From sequence record SRR31156797_5180: 45,674 bases of DNA; one strand, given 5' to 3'. The position numbers and the translations under genes are program-made. Under the pieces are notes generated by a model. That model was not told where the DNA came from, did no database searches, and saw nothing but the letters and a program-made list of their open reading frames with translations. Below are positions 10,266 through 18,414 of the stretch, piece after piece; positions within the stretch are counted from its first letter, which is position 1, and each line of letters starts with the position of its first letter.

Positions 10266-10589
10266 CAGTTATGGTATATTTGTGCGGGGTTTTTATAATT
10301 GCATGATTTTACAGATAGTACCAAAATACGGTGCTAACCAGTATCATTTTTTTAAATACAGTTTCAATTTTTTCTTCTTCTTATTTCCGGTTTAAAATCA
10401 TCACATTGTCTATAATTAGATGTCCGATAGTTATTTAGCTTGTCTTTGGATAATTTTACATTCGAAAGAATCGATGTACTGCCTGCAATTCATATTTTAT
10501 AAAATCAATCATTCAACTTTTAAGTCGAATCACTTTCATTTCAGGGTTGAAATCATTATCTTTATAGGCTCACAGAAAAATGAAATGTC

Positions 10590-11480
10590 ATGAAGTGTAA
10601 AATAGGTATACGCTATGTACTGCTTACCGGTATATTCGGCCTGATGAGCTTCGCAATTCAAGCACAAACCCATTATTCCGATTCGCTCATTTACAGTATT
10701 GAAGCTGTCGATGGCAATATTTATACAGGTAAAATTATCAATCAGGATGAAAACATGATCGTCCTCGATTCCGACCAACTGGGCGAAATCACAATTTACA
10801 AAAGAACAGTAAAACGCATTACGACCATTGATCCCGGTAAAATGATCGGTGATAAATATTGGGGTGAAAACCCCCAGGCTACACGGTATTTCTTTTCTCC
10901 CAATGGTTATGGGCTTAAAGGCGGTGAAGGATATTACCAGAATGTGTGGGTGCTTTTTAACTCTTTTGCTGTTGGAATAACAGATCATTTTTCTATGGGT
11001 GCAGGGATTGTGCCGCTATTTCTATTTGCGGGCACCGCTACTCCGGTTTGGATAACGCCTAAATTTTCAATTCCTGTTTCAGGAGATAAATTTAACCTGG
11101 GAGGAGGTGCACTTTTGGGAACCGTGATCGGAGAAGAGGGTACTGGATTTGGGATCTTATATGGAATCGGAACACTGGGCTCCAGGGATAATAATGTAAG
11201 CCTTGGACTGGGTTATGGGTACACTGGTGGCGAATGGGCTGAATCGCCCATGATTAATGTTAATGTGATGCTGCGAACAGGTGCTAAAGGTTATATCATA
11301 TCAGAAAACTACTATATCCAAACTGTTGATGCAAATGTTGCGATATTGTCCTTTGGCGGAAGGCAAATCATAAAAAAGGCCGGACTTGATTATGGTCTTA
11401 TTATTCCATTCAGTAGTGAGATGGATGAATTTATAGCTGTTCCCTGGCTCGGGATAACCATACCTTTTGGAAAGAATTAA
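10590..11480 (+). CDS. Hypothetical exported protein, probable outer-membrane beta-barrel
   Basis: Signal peptide, small N-terminal domain (DGNIYTGKII), Gly/aromatic strands, ends LGITIPFGKN. Confidence 0.65.
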   Translation: MKCKIGIRYVLLTGIFGLMSFAIQAQTHYSDSLIYSIEAVDGNIYTGKIINQDENMIVLDSDQLGEITIYKRTVKRITTIDPGKMIGDKYWGENPQATRYFFSPNGYGLKGGEGYYQNVWVLFNSFAVGITDHFSMGAGIVPLFLFAGTATPVWITPKFSIPVSGDKFNLGGGALLGTVIGEEGTGFGILYGIGTLGSRDNNVSLGLGYGYTGGEWAESPMINVNVMLRTGAKGYIISENYYIQTVDANVAILSFGGRQIIKKAGLDYGLIIPFSSEMDEFIAVPWLGITIPFGKN

Positions 11481-11724
11481 TTTTAATTAACAGTGAGGAT
11501 CTTTTTGTATAACCTATTATCACAGTTTTAATATGATTATTGTATAAGCTTTGACACGCAATGAATTCATTTGGTCTGAATTATTTTATGAAAAAAAATA
11601 GGGGGTGAACGGAATTATTAAAATCCTTCGGTTCCACTCCTCAATAAAATTTCTTTCCGTGTTAGCTCCAGTCCTTTCTGTCGGCTCCCAAAAATTTCCT
11701 ACTTTCGAAGACAAAATGGTTACA

Positions 11725-12693
11725 ATGAAAATTCACAAATACATCGTTTTTTTTATTGCATTAGTGATTGGGTCTTCAGTCCGGGCACAGGAACCGGTTG
11801 GGGTCAGGTACCTGCCACACTGGCTGCACCAGGCACAGTTTGCCGGCTACTACATGGCCAAAGAAAAAGGCATCTACAAAAAATACGGGCTTGATGTGGA
11901 AATTCTTCCTGGCGGGCCCAATGCGCCAGCCATCGAAAAACTGGCGCTGGGAGAAACCGACATCACATCGATGTTCCTTTCGGGTGCCATTAAAGCCGAA
12001 ACCCGCGGACTTGATGTGGTGAACATTGGGCAGGTTTCGCAGCGGTCAGCGTTGATGTATATTGCCCGGAAATCAGACAGTATATTGAAGCCTGAGGATT
12101 TCAATAACAAAAAAATCGGGATATGGCGTTCTGATTTCAGGGAGTTGCCCTTGGCTTTTTTGGATAAGTATAATATTGAGGCCGAAATTTTCCCGATAAC
12201 AAGCACGGTAAACCTTTTCCTTCGGGGCGGTATTGACGTGATGTGCGTAATGTGGTATAACGAATATCACCAGGTGTTAAACTTTGGTATCAATGAGGAT
12301 GAACTGAGTGTATTTTATTTTCATGATCACGACCTTGATTTTCCTGAAGATGCCATTGTAACCCTACAGCCTTATTTCCAGGAAAACACCATGGTATGCC
12401 GTAAATTTATTAAAGCCACTTTTGAGGGATGGGATTATGCGTTTGACAATAAAAAAGAAACACTTGATGTTGTGATCCGTTACATGGAGCAGTACAACAT
12501 TCCGGCTAACCGTGCACACCAGGCCTGGATGCTAAACCGGATGGAAGATATTTTGCTGGCCGATGGCCCGGAAATGACAGGGGAACTCAGTCAGGCGGAT
12601 TACATAAAAACCGCAGGTGTACTCCTCGACTCTGAAGCTATCGAAAAGATTCCTGCTTTCCAGAAATTTAATAAAACACCATCGCAAAAATGA
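11725..12693 (+). CDS. NMT1/THI5-like solute-binding protein
   Basis: WLHQAQFAGYYMAKEKGIYKKYGLDVEI signature; KFIKATFEGWDYA; signal peptide from the ATG at 11725 (11716 also possible). Confidence 0.85.
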   Translation: MKIHKYIVFFIALVIGSSVRAQEPVGVRYLPHWLHQAQFAGYYMAKEKGIYKKYGLDVEILPGGPNAPAIEKLALGETDITSMFLSGAIKAETRGLDVVNIGQVSQRSALMYIARKSDSILKPEDFNNKKIGIWRSDFRELPLAFLDKYNIEAEIFPITSTVNLFLRGGIDVMCVMWYNEYHQVLNFGINEDELSVFYFHDHDLDFPEDAIVTLQPYFQENTMVCRKFIKATFEGWDYAFDNKKETLDVVIRYMEQYNIPANRAHQAWMLNRMEDILLADGPEMTGELSQADYIKTAGVLLDSEAIEKIPAFQKFNKTPSQK

Positions 12694-14618
12694 GAATTAG
12701 AGGACTTGGATTTAAACTCGCGCTTTATATTATTTCAACTACGTTGGTTATATCCGGTACCATGTTCTGGCTCAACCATACAACTTCGCGGGATTTATTG
12801 ATGAAAAATGTTCGCGAAAACGCCAGAAACCTGACACAGGCAAATGTGAACCAGATTGAAGGAAGACTTAACAAAGTAGCTAAAATTCCTGAAAATGAAT
12901 CGCATGTTCTTGAAAAATTTACGCTCGACCACCAGGGTTTAAAAGATTATGTGAAATTGATCGTTCGCAGCAACGAAGATATTTTTGGTTCATGTGTTGC
13001 GTGGGAACCATACCGTTTTTTTTCGGATTCATTGTATTTTGCACCTTATTATTATCGCGATGGCGATTCCCTGAGGTACGAAGTGCTTGGGGGTGTAGAC
13101 TACCAGTATTTTTATTGGGACTGGTACCAGATTCCCTCGATTATGCAAAAGCCGGTATGGTCAGAACCCTATTATGACGAGGGGGGCGGAAATATTATCA
13201 TGTGCACTTATTCGGTTCCATTTTATAAAGTTAATGATGGGAAAGAAATATTTAGCGGAGTAGTTACTGTTGATCTTTCGCTGGAATGGCTGGATGATTT
13301 ACTGGCATCAATGAAAATATACGAAACCGGTTATGCTTTTTTGATTTCATCTACCGGTACAATTATATCACACCCACAGGAAAATCTCGAGATGAACCAG
13401 ACCATTTTTAGTGTGGCCGAAGAATATGGCCGGCCCGAGTTACGGGAAGTTGGCCGTAAGATGATCAAGGGTGAAAGTGGCTTTTTACAATACGAGTCGC
13501 TGTTTACAGGAAAAGAAGGCTATATGCTTTATCAGCCTTTATCGTCAACTGGTTGGTCGTTGGTCATGGTGTTCCCCAGGGATGAACTCTTTGCCGATCT
13601 GAACGAATTGAACGAACGCCTGCTTGCCGTGGGGATTATAGGACTTGGATTTTTACTTTTTATGATCCTGTTGATTTCGCAACGTATCACCAGCCCGCTC
13701 ACAAGGCTTGCAAGGATTACCCAGAATATCGGTGGCGGTAATTTTAATGTGGATCTTCCGGATGTCAAAGGAAAAGACGAGATCGCGCAACTCAACCTTT
13801 CCATTGGCCAGATGCAGCATGAACTGAAAAATTATGTTGCCAACCTCAAAGAAACCACAGCTGCGAAGGAACGCATCGAGAGCGAACTCAAGATTGCCCA
13901 CGACATCCAGCAGGGTATTATACCAAAGATATTCCCGCCATTTCCTGATCGCGAAGATGTTGACCTGTATGCAATTCTTGATCCTGCCCGCGATGTGGGT
14001 GGCGACCTGTACGATTTCTTTTTTATTGATGATTATATGTTGTGTTTTGCCATTGGTGATGTGTCAGGAAAAGGGGTTCCTGCCTCACTGTTCATGGCCA
14101 TCACACGAACCTTACTGCGTGCCAAGGCACAGAAAAACATGCCAGTTGAAGATATTGTAAAAAGTATGAACGTGGAACTTTGCCAGGGCAACGAAAACAG
14201 CATGTTTGTTACATTTTTCCTGGGTATTATCGATTTAAAAACAGGGTATACTGATTATTGCAATGCGGGGCACAACCACCCGTATCTGCTCAATGATGAT
14301 GGTACAATTGAAGAAATAAAAGGCACCCATGGAACACCACTTGGAATATTTGATGATGTTGAATATAAATCTGACCACCTGGTTTTGAAAAAGCACGATT
14401 CTATAGTGATGTATACCGACGGGATTACCGAAGCCATGGATAAAAAAGATGAGCTTTTCACAGACCAGCGATTGGCAGATTTCCTTGAGTCTTATCCGGG
14501 TAAAAGCCCGAAAATCATCACCATGGATCTACTTAACGAAGTAAAGGAATTTGCCAAAGATGCTGTTCAGTCCGATGATATCACCATATTATCCTTGACC
14601 TATTATCTCGAAAAATAG
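12690..14618 (+). CDS. Membrane sensor phosphatase: Cache domain, HAMP, SpoIIE/PP2C (RsbU-like)
   Basis: Two TM helices flank WYQIP...WSEPYYDEGG (dCache); ITSPL...DEIAQL (HAMP); ELKIAHDIQ, VGGDLYD, GDVSGKG, MFVT, CNAGH, YTDGITEA, SDDIT. Confidence 0.92.
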   Translation: MRIRGLGFKLALYIISTTLVISGTMFWLNHTTSRDLLMKNVRENARNLTQANVNQIEGRLNKVAKIPENESHVLEKFTLDHQGLKDYVKLIVRSNEDIFGSCVAWEPYRFFSDSLYFAPYYYRDGDSLRYEVLGGVDYQYFYWDWYQIPSIMQKPVWSEPYYDEGGGNIIMCTYSVPFYKVNDGKEIFSGVVTVDLSLEWLDDLLASMKIYETGYAFLISSTGTIISHPQENLEMNQTIFSVAEEYGRPELREVGRKMIKGESGFLQYESLFTGKEGYMLYQPLSSTGWSLVMVFPRDELFADLNELNERLLAVGIIGLGFLLFMILLISQRITSPLTRLARITQNIGGGNFNVDLPDVKGKDEIAQLNLSIGQMQHELKNYVANLKETTAAKERIESELKIAHDIQQGIIPKIFPPFPDREDVDLYAILDPARDVGGDLYDFFFIDDYMLCFAIGDVSGKGVPASLFMAITRTLLRAKAQKNMPVEDIVKSMNVELCQGNENSMFVTFFLGIIDLKTGYTDYCNAGHNHPYLLNDDGTIEEIKGTHGTPLGIFDDVEYKSDHLVLKKHDSIVMYTDGITEAMDKKDELFTDQRLADFLESYPGKSPKIITMDLLNEVKEFAKDAVQSDDITILSLTYYLEK

Positions 14619-14625
14619 TTGGATC

Positions 14626-15042
14626 ATGAAAAAACGTAACCTTAAACTGATCAATAACATAGAGGAACTTCAAAAAGTAAATGCTGTATTAGAGGAGTTG
14701 GAATCAGCATGGGAGATACCTGTTAAGGTGGTGATGAATTTAAATCTGGCTCTTGAAGAGGTGGTTTCCAATGTAATTTTTTATGCATTTGATGAAGGAT
14801 CCACGCATGAGATTGATTTGGGTTTTGAAATGAAAGATCAGAAAATTTATGTGCAGATCACTGACGACGGTGTGGCTTTTAATCCATTGCAAACACCACC
14901 ACCCGACGATCTGGCCAAAAAAGCCGAGGATCGGAAAATTGGCGGACTGGGGATTTATTTTGTAAAAAACTTTATGGACGACCTTGCTTATAAGCGTGAG
15001 CAGGATAAAAACATTTTAACCCTTATAAAAAGCATAAATTAA
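14626..15042 (+). CDS. RsbW/SpoIIAB-like anti-sigma factor Ser kinase
   Basis: LALEEVVSNVIFYA, ITDDGVAFNP, IGGLGIYFVKNFMD. Confidence 0.9.
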   Translation: MKKRNLKLINNIEELQKVNAVLEELESAWEIPVKVVMNLNLALEEVVSNVIFYAFDEGSTHEIDLGFEMKDQKIYVQITDDGVAFNPLQTPPPDDLAKKAEDRKIGGLGIYFVKNFMDDLAYKREQDKNILTLIKSIN

Positions 15043-15068
15043 CCAAAATATGAAAGGTATTTAATTGT

Positions 15069-15719
15069 ATGGCTGAATATATACATTATAGAGATCCAAA
15101 TTCAAAGGAAATTGGAAAGATGCTCCAGAGAATCCCGAAATCCCCGGGAACCTGCTTTTTTATCGATATTGTAGGTTCTACCCAGATCAAATATAAATCT
15201 GATTTTATGACTTGGGGGAGGATGCTCAATAATACATTTAACTTTATATCGCTCCTGAACGAATTTCCCCAAAATGTTGTAAAAGGGATCGGAGATGAAA
15301 TGATGCTTTATATACCCGATGTAGAACTGGAACACAAACCTTCGTTTAACGATTATTTTTCGTTATTGGTGGAGATATACGCTACATTGGATAATATCCG
15401 CAATTTTCCGGTTGAAGGCCTCTTTTTGCCTTGTAAAGTCGCCATACACTATTGTATTGATGCCTACAATATCACTTTCCTCGAAGGGGCAAACGATTAC
15501 TACGGTAAAGACATAGATCTAACAGCACGGCTTACTTCAAAGGCCAAAGCAAACCGTATTGTGCTAAGTGAAGCATTCTACAAAAAGGCCATCGCAGATT
15601 ATAATGAAAAATACAGCGAAACCATGCACCGTGCCATGGATCAAATTTCCGGGAAATATATGGAAGATTTTAAAGGGGTCCCACATGCTACTGAGTATCG
15701 GGTAATTGATGTTTCTTAA
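15069..15719 (+). CDS. Stand-alone class III nucleotidyl cyclase-like protein
   Basis: FFIDIVGST (D33), KGIGDEMM (K72, D76), KVAIH, DYYGKDIDLTARL, C-terminal FKG. Confidence 0.75.
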   Translation: MAEYIHYRDPNSKEIGKMLQRIPKSPGTCFFIDIVGSTQIKYKSDFMTWGRMLNNTFNFISLLNEFPQNVVKGIGDEMMLYIPDVELEHKPSFNDYFSLLVEIYATLDNIRNFPVEGLFLPCKVAIHYCIDAYNITFLEGANDYYGKDIDLTARLTSKAKANRIVLSEAFYKKAIADYNEKYSETMHRAMDQISGKYMEDFKGVPHATEYRVIDVS

Positions 15720-15720
15720 A

Positions 15721-16488
15721 ATGAACCGGATCATAACAATAGACGAGGTTATTACAGAACTTGGGTTGATCGTTGATGAATGCGAAAAAAGCCTGAACCC
15801 ACTTGGTTATTTTGCTGCGCTTTACCAGAAGGTTACCATCAAAGTAAAAGAAGGTATTCAACAGAACTATTTTGATGACGGCCCCCGGATGGAAAAACTG
15901 GATGTGATTTTTGCACTGCGGTATATCGATGCTTATCATGCCTGGAGACTTGGGAAACCGATTACTGGTTCGTGGCGTTGCGCATTTGAGTTATCAGAAA
16001 AATTCCGGCCCATTGTCTTCCAGCATTTGCTTATCGGGATGAATGCCCACATCAATCTGGATTTGGGGATTGCCGCCGCAGAAATTTCACAAGGAAAGAA
16101 TATCCTGGGCCTTGAGGATGATTTCAACCGGATCAACGAAATCCTGTCCGGGCTGGTAAAGGAAGTGCAGGAAAACCTTGCAGCCATTTGGCCAACCCTG
16201 AAATTCCTGCTCAAACTTAGCGGCAAGGTTGATGATTTTATGGTAGATTTCAGCATGAAACTTGCCCGCAACGGTGCCTGGAAGTTTGCCACCCAATGTG
16301 CTGCCTGTTCAGCGGATGAGTTGGAACAAACCATCAAAAAGCGCGATGCGAAAGTTGCAAGGAAGGCTGGCCTGGTTACGAATCCCGGACTTTTTGCTTC
16401 CACAATATTTTTTCTCATCCGTTTGGGTGAGCGCGGTTCGGTCGCCAAAACGATCAGCCATTTGATGGTTGCTCTGGAACCTGCGTAA
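15721..16488 (+). CDS. DUF5995-like helical protein
   Basis: GYFAALYQKVT, MEKLDVIFALRY, GMNAHINLDL, DFNRIN. Likely start ATG at 15721, 1 nt after the cyclase stop. Confidence 0.7.
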   Translation: MNRIITIDEVITELGLIVDECEKSLNPLGYFAALYQKVTIKVKEGIQQNYFDDGPRMEKLDVIFALRYIDAYHAWRLGKPITGSWRCAFELSEKFRPIVFQHLLIGMNAHINLDLGIAAAEISQGKNILGLEDDFNRINEILSGLVKEVQENLAAIWPTLKFLLKLSGKVDDFMVDFSMKLARNGAWKFATQCAACSADELEQTIKKRDAKVARKAGLVTNPGLFASTIFFLIRLGERGSVAKTISHLMVALEPA

Positions 16489-16591
16489 TGGGTTTTTGAT
16501 ATCAATTTATTCGACAGTATTGTCGACATTTGTTCAAAACATCCATTCGTGAATTCCTGGCACAGAAGTCATTATTTGAGGTGATTTGGTG

Positions 16592-16599
16592 TAACTTTG
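16592..16599 (+). promoter_or_regulatory. Bacteroidota -7 box
   Basis: TAACTTTG, 22 nt before the ATG at 16622. Confidence 0.5.
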
Positions 16600-16621
16600 T
16601 ACTGGACATAAACTTGATATT

Positions 16622-17314
16622 ATGGATTTCGTCAATTTTTTAAGCTATGGTGCCATCGGAATATCACTGGCGCTGGCCATCCTCTCATACAGATTGCTAA
16701 CAAAGGAGCAGAATTCAGAAACCGAAAGGCCGGCCATGCTGAAGCAAATCAAAAACTTCCTGGGTGTGGCGGTTTTTTTGTCGGTATTTTTTGGGTTAAT
16801 GGAATTCGCAAGCCAGGTTTTTATCAGCAAGGACGACGCTTCGGCAGCTGAACTGGGAATGATATGGGACAGGCATTTCAGCCAGTATCCCGATTCAACG
16901 GTTGATCAGAAAGCTGACAGGATTTCGGAATTTTTGGCTCACCCACCTGAACAGGTTGATACTGCAATGATTTGTGATGCGTACATCGATGAACTAGATC
17001 AGCTGAAATTGAAACTGGCAAAATACGATATCGGATTTTACGAAAATATTGTAAAGCTTAAAAACCAGCTAAAACTCGACCCCGATGGATGGTCGAACCT
17101 GGAGCATGATACGGAACTCAAAACAGAAATCTTCAGCGCCCTCCGAAATATTTTCAGAAGCCTGGGATATAACTACGAAGATTTGACAAACCAGGAAATC
17201 GTGAGAAAATGGAAATCTTATAAAAGTACCTGGGAAACAGAACAACTCAGTTATATATTCAATTCTGATATCACCCATCTGGTGAAGAATTACCTCGATA
17301 CTTTTGGGGAATAA
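16622..17314 (+). CDS. Hypothetical membrane protein with two N-terminal TM helices
   Basis: Hydrophobic segments at about aa 5-26 and 46-68, then a helical soluble domain. Confidence 0.75.
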   Translation: MDFVNFLSYGAIGISLALAILSYRLLTKEQNSETERPAMLKQIKNFLGVAVFLSVFFGLMEFASQVFISKDDASAAELGMIWDRHFSQYPDSTVDQKADRISEFLAHPPEQVDTAMICDAYIDELDQLKLKLAKYDIGFYENIVKLKNQLKLDPDGWSNLEHDTELKTEIFSALRNIFRSLGYNYEDLTNQEIVRKWKSYKSTWETEQLSYIFNSDITHLVKNYLDTFGE

Positions 17315-17339
17315 GCCACTGTGAAGCATCCGGGAACGA

Positions 17340-18413
17340 TCACTCCCAAAACCCAAACGCCCCGGGAATAATTCCAACCCGCAAAGTATCCATAGGAATT
17401 CCATTTGGATGATAACGATAAACCAGTCCCCGTTGTACGTGGTCGATGGCATCAGCGATGTAGATTTCGGAGGTCGCCGGATCGATACCCAGGCCATAGA
17501 ATCCGCCAATAGTTCCGGAGTATGGGCTTTCGATCAATAGCTCAGGTTCAGTGGTTGAAGCTACAGCATACCTGAAAAGATGGCGGTTCAGGAAAAAGAG
17601 GGTGTCGCCACTGTGGTTGATGGCTAGTTCGGTGGGATTTTCTTCAGGTGAGAAAAGGAATGTCGTTTCAATTTGTAATGTAGCAGCATCAATCCTGGTA
17701 ATACCGGGAGTTTCGGTGCCGGTCTGTCCACCATCACTGAGCACCCAGAGTTTGTTGTATTTGTCCAGAACCAGCGAGTTCGGCTGGGCCATCACCCGGA
17801 TAGAATCCACTAGCCGGTCTGTATCGCTATCGATTACCAGCACATGTTCACCATAACTCCAGTGGGTTGTGAATACAAACTGCCCGAATTGCACAAACTG
17901 CTCCGAGGAATAGGCAATTTTATTTGCGGAATCGGTGAGTGGAATATAGCCGGTGATTTCAAAAGTTTGGGGGTTTACTATTGTGATGGCTCCACTGTAA
18001 ATATCGCTGATGTAAGCTTTGGTGTCGCTTAAAAAGTGCATGTAGCGTGGGGAGGTCAGTCCGGTGATTTTTCCGGCGAGGGAAAAGTCGTTGAGGTTTA
18101 TGGCATAAACTTTTCCGCTGTTGTTCATCACCACCCAGGCCAAGTTTCCGTTTATGGCTGCTGATTGTGCCACATCACCGAGAGGCAATCCATTGGCATG
18201 GTAGAAAACATCATTCTCCACTGTTTTGGTTTCAGGATCATAAAATGAGAGGGAGGCGTTCTGGTAGGTGAAGTTTCCTTCGCAAACCACAAACATGCCG
18301 CTGGTGGTAATGGGTCGGGTGTTGGATTCAAAATCCCACAGCTCATCATCCTTCATGCAGGACGAAAGCGCAATTAATAAAATCAGCCATATGTAGAATT
18401 GTGGTTTTCTCAT
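17340..18413 (-). CDS. btuG: BtuG-like surface lipoprotein (beta-propeller, B12 capture)
   Basis: Lipobox LSSC followed by MKDDE (export-signal-like); EGNFTYQNASLSFYDP...LGDVAQS...TSPRYMHFLSDTKAY resembles Bacteroides BtuG; directly downstream of btuB. Confidence 0.85.
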   Translation of the reverse strand: MRKPQFYIWLILLIALSSCMKDDELWDFESNTRPITTSGMFVVCEGNFTYQNASLSFYDPETKTVENDVFYHANGLPLGDVAQSAAINGNLAWVVMNNSGKVYAINLNDFSLAGKITGLTSPRYMHFLSDTKAYISDIYSGAITIVNPQTFEITGYIPLTDSANKIAYSSEQFVQFGQFVFTTHWSYGEHVLVIDSDTDRLVDSIRVMAQPNSLVLDKYNKLWVLSDGGQTGTETPGITRIDAATLQIETTFLFSPEENPTELAINHSGDTLFFLNRHLFRYAVASTTEPELLIESPYSGTIGGFYGLGIDPATSEIYIADAIDHVQRGLVYRYHPNGIPMDTLRVGIIPGAFGFWE

Positions 18414-18414
18414 T

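Noticed and set aside
15936-16529. 197-aa antisense ORF, and similar ones such as 7655-8194, 5844-6290 and 40671-41132
   Set aside because: Shadow frames opposite well-supported genes, with no recognisable motifs.
15069-17314. Canonical Pycsar system (cyclase plus 2TM effector at 16622)
   Set aside because: The membrane gene is not adjacent to the cyclase, has its own -7 box at 16592, and shows no motif I can tie to a Pycsar effector. Kept only as a hypothesis for the cyclase.
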